From a virus (lineage: Duplodnaviria > Caudoviricetes): a stretch of 43,731 nt of DNA. The number at the start of each line of letters is the position of its first letter. The stretch's first letter is position 1. Shown one piece after another: positions 35,401 through 43,731 of this stretch. The notes beneath the pieces are model-generated. The model worked only from the letters and a program-made list of their open reading frames with translations, did not search any database and had not been told where the DNA came from. Position numbers and translations under genes: made by a program. Location of the stretch: IMG/VR virus record IMGVR_UViG_3300031519_000050, positions 1-43,731 of that record, one strand, 5' to 3'.

Positions 35401-38400
35401 GAAATACTGCACTATTAGGAACTTCCACAGACTTTAGTGAACAACTTACTGACGATTATAAGCGAGATTACGGACTATTTGTAGGAAAATCATACCCACA
35501 GTATAATTGTTTCACCGGTTATGTATATGCCTTACCTAGTTCAAACAATATAACACATGGTGCAAGACAAGAATTTGCATTACATGTATATGCAGCAATA
35601 GAAACCGGAATTGTAAGTTCGACGGAATTTATAGGAACAACTGCAACATTGGCAAATCTTTCAGCAATAACTGGAAGTAACCCATACGCCAATGCAATAA
35701 ATACAGTTGGAACACTTTCTCCCCACTACCAAGGTGGAGTATATGGATTAAAAAGCCAGTCTATAAGTGAAAAGCATAACTTTACAGGCGGAGTTGCTGG
35801 CTGGTATGATAATTTAAGTTATCCTGTTGCCTCAGCAACTATAAATAAGTCAAGTTCTTGGGCTCAAGGACAGGCAACGTTTAGTGGCGATTTATTTAAC
35901 TTCATAGATGGAAATTCTATTGGAGTAAAGGTAGATGCAACAACAATTTGTATTAATGAATCCAATGAACTATATGCCACAAATACAGGATCTTTTACTG
36001 GTTCCTTTACTGGTGAAATAACTGGTGATAGCATAATAAATATTGACCGATCAATAACTATAAATGGCGGTATAAATACATATATTGTTGGTGACACATT
36101 CATTGTTGGTGGAAATAGTATAACTATATTTAATGGAGATGTAACACACATTACGAATCTTACAGCCAGTCACCAACACATAACACAAATAACAGAATCA
36201 CTAAATATCAACAATACCTATGGTGACGTATTGATGTATAATTCACAATCAGAAGAAATAGGTGCAATTGCCCTTGGTTGTGGACTTGGATTTATGGACA
36301 AAGACAATTGTTGTTGTCATCTTCACGGCGATACCAACATTTATATTTTTATAGACAATACGAGTATGAACATTGTCAATTCTAATCCCAATGGTGGTGG
36401 CGCATCAAGGTATACTCCACAATTAATTACAAAATGGGTAATTACCAAGTTTGAAAAGGATATGCGGGAAAGATACCCGTATTGGAAAGGAAACGTTTAT
36501 GTAGGACAAGGAACAAGCGGACCTGGAAGTGGAACACTACCAGCAGAGCGATGGTTATCTTGGATGTCTTGGCCAGCAGTTGGTAATCAACGAATAGACG
36601 GTAGTGGTATAGGACAAGGTATTACTGGTAGTATGTCGTCTGTTACATGGGGAGAGTATCCAATTGGAACTACTACAAACGATGAGTCGAATGGAGATTA
36701 TGTAGGTTCAGATAATTTTGCAGCCCATGGATATAGTTCATCTGCATATTATTTAGAAAATTCTCCAATAATAAGGGATGGAAAACCAGACAGTAATGTA
36801 ATCGTTTTCGCAATGGTAGACGAAACAGATCCAGGAACAGTAGCAGGTCCAGGAAAAGGTTACCACTATAGAGATACACTTAATGGTGTAGCTGCAGATT
36901 TTGACAATCATTTAACTGACGAATATAAAATGGATTATGGATTGTTTATTGGAAAGGCCTATCCAGCATATGACTGTTTCTCAGGATATGTTTATGCTTT
37001 ACCTAGTTCAAATAATATAACACATGCCGCACGCCAAAACTTTGCACTACATGTATATGCCGCAATTAATGATAGAGTCACTTCTGCAGAATTTATCGGA
37101 GCAACTCCAACCACTGGAAATCTTTCTGCAATAACTGGTAGTAATCCATACGGCCATGGATCGGCATCTGTTGGAACACTTTCTCCATGGTATCAAGGAG
37201 CTATGTTTGGACTACATAGTCAATCAATTGGCGAAAAACACGACTTTGCCGGAGGAGTTGCAGGATGGCATGACCCCTTTACGTATCCTGTATCGGTTAC
37301 AAATATCAACAGGTCGGGATCTTGGCTACATGGTCAAGCTAGTTTTAGTGCAGATTTATTTGAATTTGTTGATGGAGATTCAATTGGAGTTCGTGTTGAT
37401 GCAAAAACAATTTGTATCAATGAATCTAACGAATTATATGCCACAAATACAGGATCTTTTACTGGTTCCTTTACTGGTGAAATAACTGGTGATACTATAC
37501 TAAATATTGACCGATCAATAACTATAAATGGCGGTATAAATACATATATTGTTGGTGACACTTTCATTATAGGTGGAGACAATATCACAGTAATAAATAC
37601 TGATGTATCCTATATCACAAACCTTACTGCTAGCAATGCATTTTTCCATTCCATGACAGCAAGTTCTGCAACTGGTAATTTTTCCGGTTCATTTACTGGT
37701 AGCTTTGATGGAGATGCAAGATTAACTGGTTCATTTACAGGATCATTTGCTGGAAATCTCATAGGAACAGCCAGTTATGGTGTAGACAATGATTGGTATC
37801 TTCAAGGAGGAACGGCCGACCCAACGATAGACGGTGACATATATCATACTGGAAAGGTTGGAGTGGGAGACTTTTCCTCAGCCAACATCACTCATACATT
37901 AACAGTGCTAGGAGATATATCAGCAAGTGGAACAATATACGGTAAAGAATTCCATACTCAATATGTATCATCATCAATAATATATATGAGTGGTAGTACC
38001 AAGTTCGGAGACACTGCAGATGATAGGGCTGATTTTACAGGATCCATTCAACTATCACATTCTGCGATGTCAGTATTTACTGGTAGTGGTAAATTTGCAT
38101 TTGGTGTACAAGGACCTGGTGTTGCAACATTTAATAACGACTCAACAAGAATAGCTCAGTTTTATAGTGGTTCATCTACTGGTGTCACACTTAACGTTAC
38201 CAATTGGGAAACTGCTTCTGCATTTACCGAAGCTGGTGGCATAACAGGAGATTCAAGTCCTGCAGAGAGAGGTCCGCGCGCAACAATTAGTGTTAATGCC
38301 TTAAATTCTAGTGCAAGTTATGGATATGGTGGAACTAGAGGAGCGGCCGGAGGTAGTATATCCTATCATCCTGATACGTTTGAAGGAAATACAAATCAAG

Positions 38401-41249
38401 ATGACATTGGTGATGGAGGAGATATTGATTCATTAGGAAGAAGACTACTTCAGGAAGTATTACATATTACAACTGGAGGAAATCCTCAAGGTAGTATTAA
38501 TATTCAAGCTAGAGGAAATCGAGGACAACAGCTAAGATTCTTTACTGGTGGAGATGATGCAAGAAACACTGGTGGAAAATCTATAGAAACGCAAAGAATG
38601 ACCATAATACACGAGGGACTAGTCGGTATTGGTACACATAATCCACAACGAAGACTCCATATTTCCGAAAGTGGCCACAATTATGCAGCATCAAAAGGAC
38701 TAGTCCCACTTCGTGTTAATGACTTTTATGAAGGTACCGGACAACATGCACTTATATGGGATGAAAATACAGGTGATGTTTATAGGAAATCTCTAGAAGA
38801 ACTTACAGCAACTGGTGGAGATTCTGGAGTAGGTACATTATCTGTAGGTGATACATTTATTATTGGACCTTTTAACACATTTATAAATGATGCCCACTTC
38901 TTCGGAAATATCACAGCATCTGGAAACATAAGTGCAAGTGATCCTAATGGAATTCACATATTTGGAGGTTCTTCTACATTCCATCACATTACAGCGTCTG
39001 GTAATATAAGTGCAAGTGACCCTAATGGAATTCACACACTTGGAGGAGACGTAACTTTAGGTGTTGATTGTACGGATGACCTAAATATAAAGGCAACAGT
39101 TACTGCAAGTTGTAATGTAAGTATAAGTGCAGATCTTTACTTTGACAGAGCATATGGTGCACGAGCAATTTTCCATGACAATGATGCAAATACGGGTATA
39201 GAATTTGCGTCAGATACTATAACTATAAAGGAAAACGGCCAACAATCTGCAGTTTTTGCAACAACAGGTGGAAATTCAATAGGAAATGCAAGTTATAGAA
39301 CATCAATAACTGGTTCTACAATAACACTAGGAGACGATTCAGATCAGCATACAACAGCTAGTGCAGATTTATGGCTCAAAACAGACTATAGTACCATTCA
39401 TTTCGGCGCAGACAAAGATATTATATTATCACACCAACCTGATAGTGGATTAAAATTATCAAATAAATTTACAAGTCTAGGAGCAGGATCTGCAAACTCA
39501 CAAAGTAGCTTACTAGGATTAACATTACATAATGATACTACAACAGTAGCCGATAATGACTTTATAGGAGGAATATTCTATACTTCAGACACTGTTACTG
39601 AAGAAGAAGGCGGTAACAGTGATAAAACATTCGCAAGCATAGTTGGACAAGTACAAACAACTGCAGCAGGAAGAGAAGCAGGAGCTTTATATGTAAATGT
39701 CATGAATGCAGGAGAAAGTTCATCTGCGGTTACTATAAAGGGTAATCAAAATGTGATTACGAATCATTTTGGTACTAAACATGAACAATTAACCACTCTT
39801 TCATCTAGTAATCATTTCCCACTAATACTTTCTTCATTAAAAAACTTCTCACATCAACATTATTTGGTATGGGATGAAGCAACTGGATATGTATCTGCAA
39901 AATCACTAAAAGAATCTGGAGGAACAAACACAGATAATGGAATTGGAAATGCAATAGTTGGTATCACGTTAATAGTTTCAACAGCTCCAGTGATGACCAA
40001 TGGTGGTACATACATAATTGGTGGAGGAGGTACTCTTAATTTAACCACTATAAATGAATTTGCAATTGGACCAATAGTATATTTAACACAAAATACTGTA
40101 ATAAACCAAAACTTAAATGTTCTTGGATCGCTAATAGGTGATACTACAATAGGTAGTAATTGTGATGATTATTTGTTAATAAAATCCAAGGTCACAGCAA
40201 GTTGTATAATAAGTTCTAGTCAAGATGTAGTATTAAAGGCTATAACTGGTAGTGGAACAATCTCAATGTCTGGTACAGGCCATAACTGGTTTGGAGGTGC
40301 AATAAATGTAACATCAATTGCAAGAGACGCACAATCAAATATTCCAGCTACAATAATGGGAGATGATGTATCTATTATAGATGGTTCTTTAATTGTAGGT
40401 GAAAGAGCCAGTCAAAATGGTATTCCAAATAATGCAATAGTAGGCGGAGCAGAATCTTTAATTGTAGGTCAAGGAAATGCAGTTACAAATCAAAATGCTC
40501 GATCTATTGTTATGGGATATTATAATAGTGGATCAGGTCTGGCCAACTTTGTAGGTGGTAGTGCTGGAAACAAGGGACTTAGTGATGTGACTATGGTATT
40601 TGGTTATGGTAATCATAATGAAGATAACGATGGTGGTATTGTTTTAGGTTCATATAATCATATATCTGCAACCTCAACAAATGGTCACCATGCAATTGGT
40701 ACACGACTTGTAAATTCTGGTTCAAAAGGTGGTTCTATTGTACTTGGAATGAATAATACCCATGGAGTAACAGATGCTATATTTACAATCGGAGACGGTC
40801 ATGCTTACAACCAAAGGCGAGATTTATTAGTTGCAAGAAGTGGTAGTATTGAAATACTTGGACATGTTACACAAAGTGGAAATATATCTATTTCTGGTAT
40901 ATTAGAAGCAAGTCAAAAATCTTTCGTAATACCACATCCAACTAAACAAGGTAAAAAATTAGTATATGGTGTATTAGAAGGACCAGAACATGCTGTTTAT
41001 GTTAGAGGTAAGGTTGATACTAATTGTATAGATCTTCCTGAAGAATGGATTGGATTGGTTGACGAAGACTCAATAACAGTCCAGCTTACGCCAATAGGAA
41101 AACATCAAAACCTCTACGTTGAAGAAATAGGCAACACTAAGATACTTATTAAAAATAGCAATTTACTTACAAAAAGTATTAATGCATTTTATTTTGTACA
41201 GGGAACTAGAAAAGATATTCAACCATTACAAACAGAAAGGGACGCATAA
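32445..41249 (+). CDS. giant mosaic tail fibre/adhesin (2934 aa, GTG start) with duplicated vWA-like module
   Basis: Two ~470-490 aa repeats, FTGS and ITASGNISAS repeats, a trimeric-adhesin-like Gly/Asn region, and C-terminal KSFVIPHP...LEGPE..VYVRG...LPEEW..LV...TVQLTPIG typical of phage fibre ends. Confidence 0.8.
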   Translation: MATIQRTFKDPALQNPLKYLGYDSIPVEIEDGGTSENYFNVQGIGSELHAGKNIFYIKPDSETLIDNAEIGVEVLDANGDLVPVRLLDNRKSDGSIGLVIEVDETRPKGYGQITLVSVARGQVIGARLQPLRNTDNFNIRWAKRVYLNRDGLNTSEITYISPPSIEVAELKLPYYISHFNTELTASLSSALTSANPTIVNEITCSIYQLSSSFNTAAKISYEKQREQIYLELTGSDFGGFVSDMENGTLFFDASNIAGIEPSAATLNTRVEDGDGFDDIASEGSYFTSILQVLSPTRMLVSSPHTTFQGSGQNLHEVMHQTFQPSNFTLTWAMPPYSHSRYPDNEGDDTKYLTSYAGIQVSNLDPYSGDVHRIKTYVRAESRPDDYVMCSDLVVESQELLIVSESEHYNKIRFKNIPCGKFDRLNSSPESSDVGYFANYWTSSAVGLDAPSLTIVSRSYSTDDHTDFVPMRPSLRVGTLGEVSPLDDNVGRDTSQPMKTVELKSTVSASFKQDKVYVLEVSGYVKGRDLLTTSGKNSGVVHGIGSFTVGLGSKQPFKVNSDKPQYPWSYLQGGVIAGKGVTNPFTVAEGPNLSAPRIDIFGFGEAFQDDTNRLGQGKLIGEINDAPQPQGSIVDVKKIEGYGGVDHVLEVNLRFPFKADANAVGEFRFEIERGLWYFQEISVKPYHRDGVTPHQYDYLVPLPRGLSHPERRDVFDFMFEFYNIEGHMCAEKVYIDNICMDNEYTLAPTTVITDIIDNDGGDVTINGPLTITNLTNITSSITYDTSSLNITQTFGDILMYNSSSGEVGHVELGCGLGFMDKDNCCCHLHGDTNVYIFIDDTSLNITGTATETPNVLTRYLIPKFEKDMRERYPYWKGNIYVGTGHHGQTRERWLSWMSWPAVGNQQIDNSGIGQGITGSMESVKWQANAAETSELNGTYLGSDDFEAYGYRTSEYYLENAPIIKDGRPDNNVIVFAIVDETNTAYHGNTALLGTSTDFSEQLTDDYKRDYGLFVGKSYPQYNCFTGYVYALPSSNNITHGARQEFALHVYAAIETGIVSSTEFIGTTATLANLSAITGSNPYANAINTVGTLSPHYQGGVYGLKSQSISEKHNFTGGVAGWYDNLSYPVASATINKSSSWAQGQATFSGDLFNFIDGNSIGVKVDATTICINESNELYATNTGSFTGSFTGEITGDSIINIDRSITINGGINTYIVGDTFIVGGNSITIFNGDVTHITNLTASHQHITQITESLNINNTYGDVLMYNSQSEEIGAIALGCGLGFMDKDNCCCHLHGDTNIYIFIDNTSMNIVNSNPNGGGASRYTPQLITKWVITKFEKDMRERYPYWKGNVYVGQGTSGPGSGTLPAERWLSWMSWPAVGNQRIDGSGIGQGITGSMSSVTWGEYPIGTTTNDESNGDYVGSDNFAAHGYSSSAYYLENSPIIRDGKPDSNVIVFAMVDETDPGTVAGPGKGYHYRDTLNGVAADFDNHLTDEYKMDYGLFIGKAYPAYDCFSGYVYALPSSNNITHAARQNFALHVYAAINDRVTSAEFIGATPTTGNLSAITGSNPYGHGSASVGTLSPWYQGAMFGLHSQSIGEKHDFAGGVAGWHDPFTYPVSVTNINRSGSWLHGQASFSADLFEFVDGDSIGVRVDAKTICINESNELYATNTGSFTGSFTGEITGDTILNIDRSITINGGINTYIVGDTFIIGGDNITVINTDVSYITNLTASNAFFHSMTASSATGNFSGSFTGSFDGDARLTGSFTGSFAGNLIGTASYGVDNDWYLQGGTADPTIDGDIYHTGKVGVGDFSSANITHTLTVLGDISASGTIYGKEFHTQYVSSSIIYMSGSTKFGDTADDRADFTGSIQLSHSAMSVFTGSGKFAFGVQGPGVATFNNDSTRIAQFYSGSSTGVTLNVTNWETASAFTEAGGITGDSSPAERGPRATISVNALNSSASYGYGGTRGAAGGSISYHPDTFEGNTNQDDIGDGGDIDSLGRRLLQEVLHITTGGNPQGSINIQARGNRGQQLRFFTGGDDARNTGGKSIETQRMTIIHEGLVGIGTHNPQRRLHISESGHNYAASKGLVPLRVNDFYEGTGQHALIWDENTGDVYRKSLEELTATGGDSGVGTLSVGDTFIIGPFNTFINDAHFFGNITASGNISASDPNGIHIFGGSSTFHHITASGNISASDPNGIHTLGGDVTLGVDCTDDLNIKATVTASCNVSISADLYFDRAYGARAIFHDNDANTGIEFASDTITIKENGQQSAVFATTGGNSIGNASYRTSITGSTITLGDDSDQHTTASADLWLKTDYSTIHFGADKDIILSHQPDSGLKLSNKFTSLGAGSANSQSSLLGLTLHNDTTTVADNDFIGGIFYTSDTVTEEEGGNSDKTFASIVGQVQTTAAGREAGALYVNVMNAGESSSAVTIKGNQNVITNHFGTKHEQLTTLSSSNHFPLILSSLKNFSHQHYLVWDEATGYVSAKSLKESGGTNTDNGIGNAIVGITLIVSTAPVMTNGGTYIIGGGGTLNLTTINEFAIGPIVYLTQNTVINQNLNVLGSLIGDTTIGSNCDDYLLIKSKVTASCIISSSQDVVLKAITGSGTISMSGTGHNWFGGAINVTSIARDAQSNIPATIMGDDVSIIDGSLIVGERASQNGIPNNAIVGGAESLIVGQGNAVTNQNARSIVMGYYNSGSGLANFVGGSAGNKGLSDVTMVFGYGNHNEDNDGGIVLGSYNHISATSTNGHHAIGTRLVNSGSKGGSIVLGMNNTHGVTDAIFTIGDGHAYNQRRDLLVARSGSIEILGHVTQSGNISISGILEASQKSFVIPHPTKQGKKLVYGVLEGPEHAVYVRGKVDTNCIDLPEEWIGLVDEDSITVQLTPIGKHQNLYVEEIGNTKILIKNSNLLTKSINAFYFVQGTRKDIQPLQTERDA
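34755..37616 (+). repeat. tandem intragenic duplication (1398 nt + 1464 nt)
   Basis: Copies 34755-36152 and 36153-37616 share LGCGLGFMDKDNCCCHLHGDTN, ERWLSWMSWPAVGNQ and YALPSSNNITH, among others. Confidence 0.92.
38913..39048 (+). repeat. 78-nt-period tandem repeat (ITASGNISASDPNGIH x2)
   Basis: ATAAGTGCAAGTGA(T/C)CCTAATGGAATTCACA occurs twice, 78 nt apart. Confidence 0.85.
39136..39323 (+). repeat. 188-nt module shared with the fibre gene at 42246-42433
   Basis: Colinear without indels: YFDRAYGARAIFHDNDANTGI vs YFDNAYGARAIYHDSDPNTGI. Confidence 0.85.
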
Positions 41250-41600
41250 ATGGCAGATATTAGAATAACTCCCGGAAGAGGAATAATAGCTCTTTCAGCG
41301 TCATCAGCTGGAACTGCGTATATCACGGGATCTGCTACTAACCTAATAATAACTTCATCTACATTAATATCCTTAAGATCTGATGTTGGCGTTCACATGT
41401 CATCAAGCCTTCTAATATCAGGTTCAGGTCTTGTTTCACCGTTCATAGTATCTATGCCAACTGTCGGATCAAATGCAAGTAAGTTGGCTGTAAATACACA
41501 AGGAATAACAGTGTTCGGTGCTCCAGATAGTGAACCAACTCCTATTGAAGGAGGAATATATTATAAAGATGGTGTATTTTATGTGGGCGATGACAATTAG
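41250..41600 (+). CDS. small fibre-associated structural protein
   Basis: Ser/Gly-rich, with C-terminal PTPIEGGIYYKDGVFYVG. Abuts the giant fibre gene. Confidence 0.7.
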   Translation: MADIRITPGRGIIALSASSAGTAYITGSATNLIITSSTLISLRSDVGVHMSSSLLISGSGLVSPFIVSMPTVGSNASKLAVNTQGITVFGAPDSEPTPIEGGIYYKDGVFYVGDDN

Positions 41601-41608
41601 CATTATTA

Positions 41609-41637
41609 GGATATATTTATATATAGATAATTAGATA
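41609..41637 (+). promoter_or_regulatory. putative late promoter (near-identical to 8305-8333)
   Basis: GGATATATTTATATATAGATAATTAGATA. Confidence 0.7.
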
Positions 41638-41650
41638 AAGAGAACACAAT

Positions 41651-43669
41651 ATGGCAACATGGAAAAAAGTACTAGTTAGTGGATCGAGCACACAACACCT
41701 TCACATAACTTCATCAGGACAAATAAGTGCATCCCTTGGATTTGTTGGAGCCCTTACAGGCACAGCTTCAAATGCAACAACTATAGAAGCAGGAGATCTT
41801 GCATCTACAAAGGTGTTTGTTGGAAATGGTTCAAATTTAGCAACAGCTGTATCATTAGGTGGCGAAGTAACAATGAACAATGCAGGTGCTGTAACCATTG
41901 AAAATGATGCAATAACAACTATAAAAATATTAAACGACAATGTTACAACTGCCAAAATCAATGATCTTGCGGTAACAACCGGCAAAATCAATGATCTTGC
42001 AGTAACAACTGGTAAAATAGCAGATGACCAAGTTACTGGAGACAAGCTTGCAAATAATATTACAATTGCAGGAAATTTTGCAGTTGCTGGAACTACCCTT
42101 TTAGGAGACAATACAGCCGATACTGTAACAATTAATGGTAACGTTACAAGTTCAGGTACATGGGCGTTAGGAAATGATACAGCAGACTACGTTACTGTAA
42201 AAGGAAACATTACATCATCAGGTAATATTAGCGCAAGTGGTGATATTTACTTTGACAACGCATATGGTGCACGAGCAATTTACCATGACAGTGATCCAAA
42301 TACGGGTATAGTATTTCAATCAGATAGTTTACTTTTTAAGGGAAATACCGAACGAATGGCACTTTTCGGAACAACACACGGAAATTCACTTGGAAATCCA
42401 AGTTATAAAACAACAATAACTGGTTCAACAATATCTCTAGTTGGTGGAAACGTTACAGCATCAGGACAAATAAGTGCAAGTTTAGGATTTGTTGGAGATC
42501 TCACAGGTACAGCTTCTTATGCAGCTACTATTAAAGGAGGAGATCTTGCCTCAGCAACAATATTTGTTGGTAATGATTCCGATAAAGCAGCTGCCGTAGA
42601 AGTTAGTGGTGATGTATCAATGAACACCGCTGGACAATTTACAGTAGGCAAAATAAATGGCGTGTCCATTTCTCAAGGTGAAGCAACCCAACTAGCAACT
42701 ATTGATTCTGTTACTATTTCAAATGACCAATGGGGTTATGTAGGAGGTGCAAACCAAGATGTAAAAACAACTTCAAATGTAACATTTGCAAACATCATAG
42801 GCACGGGAACTACTGCACTAGGAAACGATGTAGCCGATACTGTAACTATTCTTGGTAATATTACTGGTTCTGCTGCAGGTACAATTAGTCAAAGTAGAAT
42901 TATAACAGATGAAGTAACGGGTATTGCAACTACTGGTTTAACACTTACTACAAATGTAACAGCATCAGGAAAAATAAGTGCAAGTTTAGGATTTGTTGGA
43001 GATCTCACAGGTACTGCATCATTTGTAAATTCATTGGTCGGAACACCTCTTTCAGATGGAAAAATCTTAATAGGAGATGTAAATAACAAAATAGCAGAAT
43101 TTGCTTTAACCGGTGATGTAACAATGACTAGAGGTGGAGTTACTTCACTACTAGATGATAAAGTAATAACTACCAAAATATTAGACGCCAATGTTACAAC
43201 TGCCAAAATCAATGATGGAGCAGTAACATCAGCCAAGCTTGCAAATGATATTACAATTGCAAATGATTTAACTGTTACTGGAGATTTAATTGTAAATGGC
43301 GATACTACACAGTTAAGTGTTACAAACCTTAATGTAGATGACCAATTTATACTATTAAACTCAGGTTCTGATAGTGGAGATGGTGGTATTATTGTTCAAA
43401 CAGCTGGTTCAGGTGGTACACACATAGGAGCTGGTCTTGGATTTGATGATAGTTTAGATCGATGGGTAATCACATCTAAAGATCAAATTGCACATAATGC
43501 AACTGTTTTTGCACCAAATGCACAAGGAGCTCCACAAATGCTTGTTGCAGTTTCAGCCTCAGCAGCTGCACCAGAAGGAAATCCAAAAGATTTTGGTGCA
43601 AGTCCAGCGACAAGAGTAGGTATGATGCATGTGGACACGGCTACAGAAGAAATCTATATTTTTAGCTAA
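41651..43669 (+). CDS. tail fibre protein with VTT[AG]KIND and SG[QK]ISASLGFVG repeats
   Basis: 10-aa tandem repeats, three SG[QK]ISASLGFVG[AD]LTGTAS units and LTVTGDLIVNGDTT..NLNVDDQFILLN. Confidence 0.8.
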   Translation: MATWKKVLVSGSSTQHLHITSSGQISASLGFVGALTGTASNATTIEAGDLASTKVFVGNGSNLATAVSLGGEVTMNNAGAVTIENDAITTIKILNDNVTTAKINDLAVTTGKINDLAVTTGKIADDQVTGDKLANNITIAGNFAVAGTTLLGDNTADTVTINGNVTSSGTWALGNDTADYVTVKGNITSSGNISASGDIYFDNAYGARAIYHDSDPNTGIVFQSDSLLFKGNTERMALFGTTHGNSLGNPSYKTTITGSTISLVGGNVTASGQISASLGFVGDLTGTASYAATIKGGDLASATIFVGNDSDKAAAVEVSGDVSMNTAGQFTVGKINGVSISQGEATQLATIDSVTISNDQWGYVGGANQDVKTTSNVTFANIIGTGTTALGNDVADTVTILGNITGSAAGTISQSRIITDEVTGIATTGLTLTTNVTASGKISASLGFVGDLTGTASFVNSLVGTPLSDGKILIGDVNNKIAEFALTGDVTMTRGGVTSLLDDKVITTKILDANVTTAKINDGAVTSAKLANDITIANDLTVTGDLIVNGDTTQLSVTNLNVDDQFILLNSGSDSGDGGIIVQTAGSGGTHIGAGLGFDDSLDRWVITSKDQIAHNATVFAPNAQGAPQMLVAVSASAAAPEGNPKDFGASPATRVGMMHVDTATEEIYIFS

Positions 43670-43673
43670 AATG

Positions 43674-43706
43674 TTTTACCGCGTCAAATATTTTTATTAT
43701 ATTATA
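43674..43706 (+). promoter_or_regulatory. putative early/middle promoter TTTTACC-N16-TTATATTATA
   Basis: Third copy of the motif. It would drive a gene beyond the window end. Confidence 0.7.
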
Positions 43707-43731
43707 TGTAAACAATTAAAAACAGTAAAAA

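Noticed and set aside
39136-42433. Diversity-generating retroelement TR/VR pair
   Set aside because: Mismatches are not confined to adenines (G/C and C/G changes occur), both copies are internal coding sequence, and no reverse transcriptase is in the window.
1-43731. Stop-codon reassignment (alternative genetic code)
   Set aside because: Very long ORFs are intact in code 11, and TAG terminates genes cleanly (e.g. 4676, 7435, 8691, 9876, 24864, 41600).

Overview
A 43.7 kb AT-rich segment of a large contractile-tailed (myovirus-like) dsDNA phage. All credible genes are on the + strand and use the standard code. A Bacteroidota-like host is inferred from the tmRNA tag and the outer-membrane protein. 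Bases 1-8.3 kb are accessory and regulatory: Hsp20, a tmRNA, ClpP, an HD hydrolase, a sigma-like factor, an outer-membrane beta-barrel and small membrane proteins. Bases 8.3-27.9 kb encode the baseplate (spike, gp25-like, gp6/J-like, large wedge) and fibre proteins. Bases 27.9-32.4 kb hold a T7 endonuclease I-like resolvase, a primase and a fused SbcD-SbcC. Bases 32.4-43.7 kb encode very large mosaic fibre proteins. The main finding, missed by the ORF track, is a compact circularly permuted (two-piece) tmRNA gene at about 1804-2086 with tag GEQVELAMAA, close to Hsp20 and ClpP. Other notable signals: long-range inverted repeats enclosing the hsp20 and OMP genes, two recurrent promoter-like motifs, an AT-hook on the sigma-like factor, and many [ST]-[GAS]-S triplets in virion proteins. 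All calls come from reading motifs by eye; no searches were run.
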